From: an uncultured Chloroflexia bacterium
GTDB taxonomy: Bacteria > Chloroflexota > Limnocylindria > Limnocylindrales > CSP1-4
NCBI GenBank assembly: GCA_963788375.1
Contig: CAWBGT010000017.1
Location: forward strand, 247,452 to 311,451
Reading direction: 5' to 3'
Length of the DNA stretch: 64,000 nt
Both the position numbers and the translations under genes were made by a program. The notes beneath the pieces are model-generated. The model ran no database searches. It saw only the letters and a program-made list of their open reading frames with translations, and had not been told where the DNA came from. Shown here in pieces: positions 34,410 to 42,811 of the stretch (positions within the stretch are counted from its first letter, which is position 1; every line of letters starts with the position of its first letter).

Positions 34410-36209
34410 ATGACTCCGGCCCCGCTCGCGGCCGTCCCCGACATGACCGCCGTCCAGCCCCGCTCCGCCATGGAGATCCCGCCCGGCCCCTACCCGTACG
34501 TGCCGCGCCTGCCAGTGCCCGAGTCGGACTCGCTGGCGGTCTGCGATGCGGCGGTCGCGGAGCTGCGCGCGCACGCGGATGAGTGGGTGCGGACGAGCCC
34601 CGAGCACAGGCGGGCACTCCTGGACGAGGTGTTGCGGGCGACGCTGCCGCTGGTGGACCGCTGGACTCGGCTCGGCTCGCTGCACGAGGGGCTGGACCCC
34701 GACGGCCCGGACGCGGCCGAGGAGACCATCGTCGGGCCGTACATCTTCATGCGCGGCGTCCGCCTCCTCCGCGACGCGCTGGACGGGATCATCAGGACCG
34801 GGCTGCCGCGCATCCCCGGCGGTGTGCGCACGCTCGACGACGGCCGGGTCGTCGCGCGGGTCATGCCCGCGGACCTGGTGGACCGCCTCGCGTACCTGAG
34901 GATGACCGCGGATGTCTGGATGGACCGCTCGGTCACGCTGGAGTCGATGCCCCAGACGATGGCGAGCCCCTACCGCACGCCGCCGCCCGGGCGCGTCTGC
35001 CTGGTGCTCGGCGCCGGCAACGCCTCGTCCATCGGCCCGCTGGATGCGATCCACAAGCTGTTCGTCGAGCAGCAGGTCGTGGTCCTCAAGCTCCACCCCG
35101 TGATGGCGCACCTGTACGAGGTCCAGGCCGCAGCGCTGGCCCCGCTCGTCCGCGCTGGCGTGCTGCGGATCGTCCACGGCGACCATGTCCAGGGCGCGCA
35201 CCTGGCCGCCCACCCGGGCGTGGACACGCTCCACATCACAGGCTCGGACCGCACCTACGACGCGATCGTGTTCGGCCCCGGCCCCGACGGCCTCGAGCGC
35301 CGCCACCGCGACGACCCCGTGCTCCACAAGCCGTTCACCGCGGAGCTGGGCAACCTCACCCCGATCATCGTCGTGCCGGGGCGCTGGTCGGGCGCGGAGC
35401 TTGATTACCACGCCGAGAACATCGCGACGATGCTGACCAACAACGCCGGCTTCAACTGCACCACGTCCCGGGTCATCGTGACCGCCGCCGGCTGGGCGCA
35501 GCGCGGCGCACTGCTGGACCGGATCCGCCGCCGCCTGGGCCAGCTGCCCACGCGCCTCGCCTACTACCCGGGCGCCGCCGCGCGCTTCGGCGCGTTCTAC
35601 GAGGTGCACCCCGAGGCCGAGCTGTTCGGCGATCCCTCGGACGGCCACCTCCCCTGGATGCTCATTCCCGGCGTCTCCCCCGATGCGGCTGGCGATCCCT
35701 GCTACCGCGTCGAGGCGTTCTGCAGCGTCACCGCCGAGACGCCGATCGACGCGTCGGACGCCTCCACCTTCCTGGACCGGGCAACGGAATTCGCCAACGA
35801 CCGGTTGTGGGGCACGCTCAACGCGACCGTGATCTTGGACCCGCGGACCGCCCGGGATGTTTCCGTGCGACCGGCCCTTGAGCGTGCGATCGGGGAGCTC
35901 CGCTACGGCACCGTCTCGCTCAACCACTGGTCGGCCGCGGGGTACGGCATCGGCATCACGCCCTGGGGCGCGTACCCGGGCAATCCCCGGTCCGCCATCG
36001 GGTCGGGGGTGGGCTTCGTCCACAACCCGCTGATGTTCGAGCGTGCCGAGAAGACCGTGATCCGCGGCCCGTTCCGCGCCTGGCCCAAGCCACCCTGGTT
36101 CACCAGTCACCGCGGCGCCCACAAGCTGATGCCGGAGCTCACCCGGTTCGAGGCCGATCACCACCCAGGACGGCTCCTCCCGATCGGCTGGTACGCCCTC
36201 CGCGGTTAG
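34410..36209 (+). CDS. Aldehyde dehydrogenase superfamily protein
   Basis: FTAELGNLTP (catalytic Glu region) and NNAGFNCTT (catalytic Cys region). ATG 34410 was chosen inside the 787-aa track ORF. Confidence 0.85.
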   Translation: MTPAPLAAVPDMTAVQPRSAMEIPPGPYPYVPRLPVPESDSLAVCDAAVAELRAHADEWVRTSPEHRRALLDEVLRATLPLVDRWTRLGSLHEGLDPDGPDAAEETIVGPYIFMRGVRLLRDALDGIIRTGLPRIPGGVRTLDDGRVVARVMPADLVDRLAYLRMTADVWMDRSVTLESMPQTMASPYRTPPPGRVCLVLGAGNASSIGPLDAIHKLFVEQQVVVLKLHPVMAHLYEVQAAALAPLVRAGVLRIVHGDHVQGAHLAAHPGVDTLHITGSDRTYDAIVFGPGPDGLERRHRDDPVLHKPFTAELGNLTPIIVVPGRWSGAELDYHAENIATMLTNNAGFNCTTSRVIVTAAGWAQRGALLDRIRRRLGQLPTRLAYYPGAAARFGAFYEVHPEAELFGDPSDGHLPWMLIPGVSPDAAGDPCYRVEAFCSVTAETPIDASDASTFLDRATEFANDRLWGTLNATVILDPRTARDVSVRPALERAIGELRYGTVSLNHWSAAGYGIGITPWGAYPGNPRSAIGSGVGFVHNPLMFERAEKTVIRGPFRAWPKPPWFTSHRGAHKLMPELTRFEADHHPGRLLPIGWYALRG

Positions 36210-36290
36210 CGGCGGGCCTCCCCCGGCGCCAGAGCGTCCCCAGAACCTCGCCGGGCTCGCCAGTGCCTCGCCCGGGCCTCCCCAGGACCT

Positions 36291-36382
36291 CGCCAGGGCT
36301 CGCCAGGGCTCGCCAGGGCTCGCCAGGGCCTCTTCAGGGCTCGCCAGGGCCTCTCCAGGGCCTCTCCAGGGCCTCTCCAGGG
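36291..36382. repeat. Tandem repeats: cgccagggct x4 (10 bp), then cctctccaggg x3 (11 bp)
   Basis: 36291-36330 and 36350-36382. Degenerate copies of the same cctcNccNggg theme extend from about 36215 to 36400. Confidence 0.95.
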
Positions 36383-36502
36383 GCCTCCCGGGACCTCCCC
36401 CCGCGCCCCTGATGCGTCACCGGTTCAGGCGACGACCCAGCAAGCGTGACTCGCGCACCGTACCTCGATTCTCGTGGCCAAGCCGAGCGTGCGCCAGCGC
36501 CC

Positions 36503-36608
36503 GGTGAGTCCCACGCGGTTCAGCGCCCACGGCACCAGCGCCTGGTGAGTCCCACACGGTTCAGCGCCTACGGCACCAGCGCCTGGTGAGTCCCACACGG
36601 TTCAGCGC
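36503..36608. repeat. Tandem repeat, 41-bp unit x2.6 (ggtgagtcccacRcggttcagcgccYacggcaccagcgcct)
   Basis: Copies start at 36503, 36544 and 36585 (the last is partial). Confidence 0.95.
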
Positions 36609-36700
36609 GGACGGAACCCACGCCCACGGAACCCGCCCCGGACGGAACCCACGCCCACGGAACCCGCGCCCGCGGAACCCGCCCCCGGAACCCGCGCGCC
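36609..36700. repeat. Tandem repeat, 31-bp unit x2 built from six cggaaccc sub-repeats
   Basis: gacggaacccacgcccacggaacccgcccc at 36610 and again at 36641 (one mismatch). Further cggaaccc units run up to the stop of the VOC gene. Confidence 0.9.
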
Positions 36701-37143
36701 TACCCCAGCTCCGGCACCAGCTCCTGGAACAGCGTCAGCTGAAGCCCCGCCGGCCCCTGGAGCCGCGAGTTGAGCGACCGCCACGGCGTCTCGACCGGCG
36801 CCGCGATCAACGTTGCCCCGCCTGCCACCAGACGGTCCGTCGCGTCGGCCCCATCCGGAACCCGGAAGGCGACGCGCACGTGGCCGGCAACCCGCCTGCC
36901 GACCTCCAGTCGGTCGATGTGCTTGGCGTGGGCCAGGTCGGACAGCTCCAGGGTTGCTCGCCCGGCGTCCAGGATGGCGACGTGCCCTCCGCCGTCATCG
37001 AACGAGCCGAGCTCCTGCAGGCCCAGCACATCGCGGTAGAAGCGCAGCGCCTCGTCGTAGTCGGTGGCTGTCACGACCAGCCGCATCTCGAGGACGCCTT
37101 CACCGATCGCCCGACCCTCGCCCATCGCCGCCTCCTCGCTCAT
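36700..37143 (-). CDS. VOC (glyoxalase/bleomycin-resistance/dioxygenase) family protein
   Basis: MSEEAAMGEGRAIGEGVLEMRLVVTATDYDEALRFYRDVLGLQE ... HVRVAFRVPD. Confidence 0.8.
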   Translation of the reverse strand: MSEEAAMGEGRAIGEGVLEMRLVVTATDYDEALRFYRDVLGLQELGSFDDGGGHVAILDAGRATLELSDLAHAKHIDRLEVGRRVAGHVRVAFRVPDGADATDRLVAGGATLIAAPVETPWRSLNSRLQGPAGLQLTLFQELVPELG

Positions 37144-37387
37144 CGGCCGCCTCCTTGGTGCATCGGGAAATAGGCGGACCCGGGCGCGGTTCCGTCGCTC
37201 CCGGGTCCTCACCCGTCATTCGTGGCTACGAACGGCGGGCTGCCTCCAGCCTACCAGCACACGCGTGAGTCACAGGTGAGTGGCGACGGCCACACTGGCC
37301 ATGCCCTGGCGATCGTCCGGGGTCAGGTCACCAGCGCTCCCGCGCCGACCAGTGACACCATGATGCCTGCCAATGCAACATCTGGAT

Positions 37388-37633
37388 GTGTCACATCGGA
37401 CGACGCTCACCCTGGACGACGACGTCGTCGCCCGCCTCGATCGCGAGGTGCGCCACAGCGGCCGGTCCTAACGCGCCGTGGTAAACGACGCGCTCCGCCG
37501 AGGGCTCGAGTCCGCGCCAGACGCCATGCCGCCATACCGCGTCGACGCCCGGCCGATGAGCCTGCGGCCCGGCGTCCGACTGGACGACATCGAAGGCCTG
37601 CTCGACCTCCTCGACGGGCCACGCACCCGGTGA
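37388..37633 (+). pseudogene. vapB: vapB-family antitoxin gene interrupted by an in-frame TAA (37469-37471)
   Basis: GTG 37388 gives VSHRTTLTLDDDVVARLDREVRHSGRS, then TAA. The same frame continues RAVVNDALRRGLESAPDAMPPYRVDARPMSLRPGVRLDDIEGLLDLLDGPRTR to TGA 37631-37633, which overlaps the vapC GTG. Confidence 0.8.
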
Positions 37634-38061
37634 TCCTGCTCGACGCCAACCTGCTGATCTACGCGCACGACGCCACGAGCCCGAGCCACCCCGCGGCCCG
37701 CGCGCGGCTGGAGCGCACGCTGTCCGAGGAGCCGGACGTCCGCCTTGGCGTCGTCACGGTGCTCGCGTTCGTGCGGATCGCGACCGACCCCCGGATGTTC
37801 GAGCGGCCGATGGACATGTCGCAGGCGATCGGCATTGTGGCAGGCATCCTTGGCCGCCCGAACGTGTCCCTGACATCACCGGGTGACCGGCACTGGAAGC
37901 TGCTGGCCGACCTTGCCCTGGCCGGTCAGGCCCGTGGCGCCATGCTGATGGACGCGCACGTTGCGGCACTGACCCTCGAGCATGGCGCATCGCTTGCGAC
38001 GACCGACCGGGATTTCCGGCGCTTCCCCGGTGTCCGCACGCTGGATCCACTGGCGCCCTAG
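37630..38061 (+). CDS. vapC: Type II toxin, VapC family (PIN domain), apparently intact
   Basis: (V)ILLDANLLIYAHD ... MLMDAHVAALTLEHGASLATTDRDFRRFPGVRT. GTGA overlap with the disrupted vapB. Confidence 0.85.
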   Translation: MILLDANLLIYAHDATSPSHPAARARLERTLSEEPDVRLGVVTVLAFVRIATDPRMFERPMDMSQAIGIVAGILGRPNVSLTSPGDRHWKLLADLALAGQARGAMLMDAHVAALTLEHGASLATTDRDFRRFPGVRTLDPLAP

Positions 38062-38086
38062 TCCGGACGCAGGGAACCGGTCGATC

Positions 38087-40108
38087 CTAGATCGCGACGC
38101 CAGCCCGCAGCCCCTCCAGCACCGCCTCCTCGATCGTCCGCGGCGAGAGCACGTCACCCACGGGCACGACCTCGAATAGCCCGTCTGCGGCCGCAGCCGC
38201 CTCCAGCTCGCCGAGGAGGCCGTCCAGGGGCACGTGGCCCTGGGCCAGGACCAGCGCCGATGTGTCCTCGATGACCACGGCGTCCCCGGTCAGCACGTCC
38301 TGCATGAAGACCGCCGTCGAGTCCGCCCCATAGGGCCGCAGCGTCGGTCGCAGGTCCACGTGCGCGCGCCGGGCCGCGGCGATCATGGTGTCGCGCACGT
38401 ACTGCTGGATCCGCTGGCCGGCGGTGTAGCCCGAGGAGGCCAGGGTCACCCGGTGTCCGCGCGTCGCGAGCAGCGTCGCGAGCCCCAGGCCCACCCAGTC
38501 GCACCGGAAGTCGGCGATCACGACATGGCCCGCCGGCACGACGGCACCCCCGAGGACCTCCCACGCGTCGAGGACGACCGGCTCGCCGATGAGCTCGAGC
38601 GGCGGCCGATACGGCACGGCACCCGTGGCCACCACGACTACGTCTGCGCCCGAACCACGCACGTACGCCGCATCGGCACGGACGCCGGTGATGATCTGCA
38701 CCCCCGCGCGCCGGGCCTCGCCCTCGAGGTTCGGGATCGCCCCGCCGATCTCCTCGCGCCCGGGGAGCCTCTGGGCCAGGCGCACCTGTCCGCCGAGCCA
38801 TCGTTCCGCCTCGACGAGCGTCACCCGGTGGCCCCGCTCCGCCGCCACGGCCGCGGCCTTGAGCCCCGCCGGTCCACCACCGATCACGAGCAGCTGGCGT
38901 GCGACCGCTGCCGGCGCGTGACGCTCGAGCCCGGCCGGGCCGGAACGCGGGAACTCGCGCTCCCGGCCGCTCTCGGGGAACTGGATGCACGAGATCGGGA
39001 AGCCGGCGTGGAAGTGCCCGATGCAGGCCTGGTTGCAGCCGATGCAGGCACGGATGTCGTCGAGCCGCCCGTCGGCCGTCTTGGCCGGCAGCTCGGGATC
39101 GCAGATCAGCGCCCGGGTCATGATGCACATGTCGGCCTGTCCGGCCGCCAGCACCGCCTCCGCCTCCTGGGGCTGGTTGATCCGCCCGGCCAGGAACACG
39201 GGCACCCGCACGACGGCCTTCGTCCGGGCGGCGAGGGGAGCGTTGTAGGCGTTGGGGATCGGCGTCGGCGGGACGATGTGGACGGAACCGGCGAGGGTCG
39301 CGGACGTCCCCACCATCACGCTCACGTAGTCCATCAGCCCCAGGGCATCCAGCGCGGCCAGGGCCTCGAGCGCCTCCTCGTCCGTGAGTCCCTCTGGGGT
39401 GATCTCCCCGATGGACAGCCTGACGCCGACGACGAATCCGGGCCGGGTGGCGGCGCGGCAGGCCGCCAGCGACTCCCGCAGGAACCGGAGGCGTCGTGCG
39501 GGATCACCGCCCCACTCGTCGGTCCGCAGGTTGGTGCGCGGGTTGAGGAACTGCGACGCGAGGTAGCCGAACCCGGCGAGGATCTCGCAGCCGTCGAGCC
39601 CCGCCCGCTCCAGCCGCGCCGCGGCCGGGCCGAACCCCGCCACGATCTCCTCGATCAGCGCTGCCGGCATGGACCGCGGGATCACGTGGAAGCGCTCCGT
39701 GGGCACGGCGCTGGGGGCGAGGGCCACGGCGAGCGTCCCGTCGCCCGTGTCCATGATCTCGCGACCGCCGTGGAACAGCTGCCCGAAGACCTTGGCGCCG
39801 TGGCGGTGGATGGATTCGGCCAGGGCCGTGAAGCCCGGGATGGCGTCGTCCGTGTCCGCCGTCAGCTCGCTCGAGGTGTAGCGCGCGGTGGGGTGGACGC
39901 CGGCGACCTGGATCACGATCAAGCCCGCCCCGCCGCGCGCCCGGGCCTCCTGGTACGCGACCAGCTGGTCCGTCACGAGGCCGTCCACGGCCATCACCGT
40001 GTCGTGTCCAGAGGACATGATCCGGTTGCGGATCGTGACCCCGCCCACCGTGAGCGGCGAGAACAGGTGCGGGAAGGCGGGGTTGGCCGGCGGCGGTTCG
40101 GTCTCCAT
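38087..40108 (-). CDS. Old-Yellow-Enzyme-type NADH:flavin oxidoreductase fused to an FAD/NAD(P) domain (2,4-dienoyl-CoA reductase-like)
   Basis: N-terminus LFSPLTVGGVTIRNRIMSSGHDT ... QLFHGGR. Fe-S cysteines CIGCNQACIGH. GGGPAGLKAAAVAAERGHRVTLVE. Start at METEPPP. Confidence 0.9.
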   Translation of the reverse strand: METEPPPANPAFPHLFSPLTVGGVTIRNRIMSSGHDTVMAVDGLVTDQLVAYQEARARGGAGLIVIQVAGVHPTARYTSSELTADTDDAIPGFTALAESIHRHGAKVFGQLFHGGREIMDTGDGTLAVALAPSAVPTERFHVIPRSMPAALIEEIVAGFGPAAARLERAGLDGCEILAGFGYLASQFLNPRTNLRTDEWGGDPARRLRFLRESLAACRAATRPGFVVGVRLSIGEITPEGLTDEEALEALAALDALGLMDYVSVMVGTSATLAGSVHIVPPTPIPNAYNAPLAARTKAVVRVPVFLAGRINQPQEAEAVLAAGQADMCIMTRALICDPELPAKTADGRLDDIRACIGCNQACIGHFHAGFPISCIQFPESGREREFPRSGPAGLERHAPAAVARQLLVIGGGPAGLKAAAVAAERGHRVTLVEAERWLGGQVRLAQRLPGREEIGGAIPNLEGEARRAGVQIITGVRADAAYVRGSGADVVVVATGAVPYRPPLELIGEPVVLDAWEVLGGAVVPAGHVVIADFRCDWVGLGLATLLATRGHRVTLASSGYTAGQRIQQYVRDTMIAAARRAHVDLRPTLRPYGADSTAVFMQDVLTGDAVVIEDTSALVLAQGHVPLDGLLGELEAAAAADGLFEVVPVGDVLSPRTIEEAVLEGLRAGVAI

Positions 40109-40224
40109 CCGCGCAGGATGGCGCCTTGGGCCGGGGGCGTGCCGGTCCGTCGCGCGGGGCGGTCGCGCGCCCGTAGGGAAAGCGCGGTACTGGCGTCCGC
40201 CACCGCCCCTGCTATCGTCCCCGC

Positions 40225-41049
40225 ATGGACGCCCACGAGCCCGGTTCCGCGGCCCGACCCGGGGGCATGCCCGCGCCCGAGCCCGTGCCCGCGACGGCAC
40301 CGGGGATCACCGCCCACTGGCTGGGCCGCATCGGCTATCGCGATGTCCTGGACCTCCAGAAGCGTCTCGCCAGGGCCCGCGCGGATGGCTCGATCGGGGA
40401 CCAGCTGCTGCTCCTCGAGCACCCCGCCGTGCTCACCCTGGGGCGCGGCGCGGACGAGTCGCACGTCCTCGCGCCCCCGGCGCTGCTGGAAGCCCGCGGC
40501 ATCGAGGTCCTGCGCGTGGAGCGCGGCGGCGAGGTCACCTACCACGGTCCCGGTCAGCTGGTCGCGTACCCCATCGTCCGGCTCGCGGAGCGCGAGCTCC
40601 TGCTGCGTCCCTTCGTCCGCGCGCTCGAGGCCGCGCTGGTCGAGACCTGCGCGGCCTTTGGCGTGGCCGCGGACCGGCGCGAGGGCCACCCGGGGTGCTG
40701 GGTCAACCCGGAGGGTCCGCTGCCGCGCAAGATCGGCGCCCTGGGGATCCGGATCGAGCGCGGCACCAGCTACCACGGCATCGCGCTCAACGTGGACGTC
40801 AACCTCGCCGACTTCGGACTGATCGATCCCTGCGGGATGCCGGGCCTCACCTCGACCTCGATCGCGCGTGAGGCGGGCAACCCCGGTGAGGGGCCGTCCA
40901 CGGAGCGGGTGGGGGAGGCGGCCGCCGTCTTCGCCCGCGCCTTCGCCGCGCGGCTCGCGGCTCCGCTGGCCGGCGTGCTGCCGCCCGGTGCCGATCCCGC
41001 CGCCGAACGGCAGGAGCTGGAGCTTACGGCGGCCCTGGTGATGGCATGA
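40225..41049 (+). CDS. lipB: Lipoyl(octanoyl) transferase
   Basis: RGGEVTYHGPGQLVAYPI, RKIGALGIRIERGTSYHGIALNV and IDPCGM are LipB hallmarks. Confidence 0.92.
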   Translation: MDAHEPGSAARPGGMPAPEPVPATAPGITAHWLGRIGYRDVLDLQKRLARARADGSIGDQLLLLEHPAVLTLGRGADESHVLAPPALLEARGIEVLRVERGGEVTYHGPGQLVAYPIVRLAERELLLRPFVRALEAALVETCAAFGVAADRREGHPGCWVNPEGPLPRKIGALGIRIERGTSYHGIALNVDVNLADFGLIDPCGMPGLTSTSIAREAGNPGEGPSTERVGEAAAVFARAFAARLAAPLAGVLPPGADPAAERQELELTAALVMA

Positions 41050-41068
41050 GGACGGCTGGAGTGCGCCC

Positions 41069-42073
41069 GTGAGCCAGGGCCTGTTCGAGCTGCGGAAGGA
41101 CGCCATCACGGGCTGGTGGGTGGCCACGATGGTCGACCGCACCTTCGCCCGCGAGCGGTTCGCGCTGCCCGCGGGCCAGGTCGACGACCACGGGGACTGC
41201 TTCAACTGCCGCATCCCGGAGGGCGACGGCGTCCGGCTGAGGACGCTCAAGGACTTTGCCTTTACGGTCTCGGGCACGGAGGAGGAGGCGCGCGCGCGGG
41301 ATGGGACGGTCGCCCAGGTGACGATCTCGGACGCGCGCGCGGCAGGGGCCTGGCGCACGGTGGTGGCGCCGCCCGGCGAGCACCGGCCGCTCCACGCCGT
41401 GGGCAGCGGGATCATCGAGGGGCTCCTGCGCAGGTCCCGCGACGAGATCGTCGCGAGCCGCAGCGCGGATCGCACCCAGTACCTGCAGGTCGTGCAGAAC
41501 TGGGGAGCTCAGGCGGGCGCCCGGACGAACCACCTGTGCCTCGACCTCTACGACCTGCCCCAGATCCCGCACCGGATCGGGGAGGAGCTGGGGGGCGCGG
41601 CACGCTACCTGATCCGCGAGGGCGAGTGCCCGTACTGCCGCGCCGTCCGCGACGAGGTCCGCCGCGCGGACCGCCTGCTCTATGCGGACGATCATGCCGT
41701 GGCGTTCGCGCCCTACGCGAGCCGGTCGCCGTTCGAGATCTGGGTCGTCCCGCGTCACCACGACGCCGATTTCGGGCGCGCCACCGATGCCGGCATCGCC
41801 GCCACCGCGGAGGCGTTGCGCCACGTGCTTGGCCAGCTGGCGTCCAGCCTCGACGGGCCGCCCTACAACCTGATCCTCCACACCGCGCCGCTCAAGGAAC
41901 AGGTCGACGCTACCTACCACTGGCACTGGGAAATCCACCCCCGGTTGCGCGAGATTGCGGGTCTGGAGCTGGGGACCGGCCTGCCGGTCAACCCCGTGTC
42001 GCCGGAGGACGCTGTCGACGAGCTCCGGGCAGGTCCCGGCCCGGATACACCGTCCGAGCATCCGCGGCGGTGA
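41069..42073 (+). CDS. Galactose-1-phosphate uridylyltransferase (GalT/HIT)-like protein with a divergent active-site motif
   Basis: QNWGAQAGARTNHLCLDLY aligns by eye to the GalT motif ENKGAAMGCSNPHPHGQIW. Also CFNC and CPYC pairs, and a second-half YHWHWEIHPRL. GTG start. Confidence 0.8.
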   Translation: MSQGLFELRKDAITGWWVATMVDRTFARERFALPAGQVDDHGDCFNCRIPEGDGVRLRTLKDFAFTVSGTEEEARARDGTVAQVTISDARAAGAWRTVVAPPGEHRPLHAVGSGIIEGLLRRSRDEIVASRSADRTQYLQVVQNWGAQAGARTNHLCLDLYDLPQIPHRIGEELGGAARYLIREGECPYCRAVRDEVRRADRLLYADDHAVAFAPYASRSPFEIWVVPRHHDADFGRATDAGIAATAEALRHVLGQLASSLDGPPYNLILHTAPLKEQVDATYHWHWEIHPRLREIAGLELGTGLPVNPVSPEDAVDELRAGPGPDTPSEHPRR

Positions 42074-42184
42074 GCGGGACGGGGGAGGAGTCCGTCACAC
42101 GGTCAGCGAACGGCACGTCTCAGGGGCCTGGAGCGAACCGCTCCGGATTGGGGGGAGCAAGAAATCCCCAGCACCGGAGCATTC

Positions 42185-42811
42185 GTGGTCGCAGATCCCC
42201 TGGAGTTCGAACGGCGGCGGGTCCTGCCCGCGGGTCTTGCCGTGAGCGCCGGGTGGGATCGCGACGAGGCCTACCGCTTCGTCGAGGACCTGTTCGCCAA
42301 GCACCAGAACGAGATCTACGCGTACCTCGTCCGCATGCTCCGGGACGCGGAGCTTGCCGCGGATCTCACGCAGGATGCGTTCGTCAAGGCATACCGCGCC
42401 TACGACTCGCTCCAGAAGCCGGAGAACGCGCGCGCCTGGCTGTACCAGATCGCGCACCGCGTGGCGCTCGACGATCTCCGGCGCAAGAGGATCGTCCGGT
42501 TCATCCCGCTGGTCGGCGAGACGCGCAACTCCGCCCCGTCTGCAGAGCACCTCGTCATGGAGGCCCACCTGTCCGGTGAGCTCCAGCGGGCGCTCGAGCG
42601 GATCCCCGAGCGACAGCGATCCGCACTGCTCCTCGCCGAGCTCCACGATCTGACGGGCGTCGAGCTGGCAGCCGCCCTCGGCGTATCGCACGTGGCCGCT
42701 CGGGCGCTGCTCACCCGTGCCCGAGAGAGCCTCCGCCAGGCGCTCGCCAAGGAGCAGCAGGCCGCGGTGGACGCGGAAGCCGCCAGCAGGCCCCCGGAGG
42801 CGCGCTCGTGA
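42185..42811 (+). CDS. ECF-type RNA polymerase sigma-70 family factor
   Basis: Region 2: DLTQDAFVKAYRAY, WLYQIAHRVALDDLRR. Region 4: ERQRSALLLAELHDLTGVELAAALGVSHVAARALLTRARESL. The start is uncertain. Confidence 0.9.
   Translation: MVADPLEFERRRVLPAGLAVSAGWDRDEAYRFVEDLFAKHQNEIYAYLVRMLRDAELAADLTQDAFVKAYRAYDSLQKPENARAWLYQIAHRVALDDLRRKRIVRFIPLVGETRNSAPSAEHLVMEAHLSGELQRALERIPERQRSALLLAELHDLTGVELAAALGVSHVAARALLTRARESLRQALAKEQQAAVDAEAASRPPEARS

Noticed and set aside
36291-36700. Possible CRISPR arrays at 36.3-36.7 kb and 63.39-63.58 kb.
   Set aside because: The repeat units are head-to-tail with no unique spacers. Units are 8-41 bp with variable periods, and no cas genes are present. They are tandem repeats, not CRISPR.
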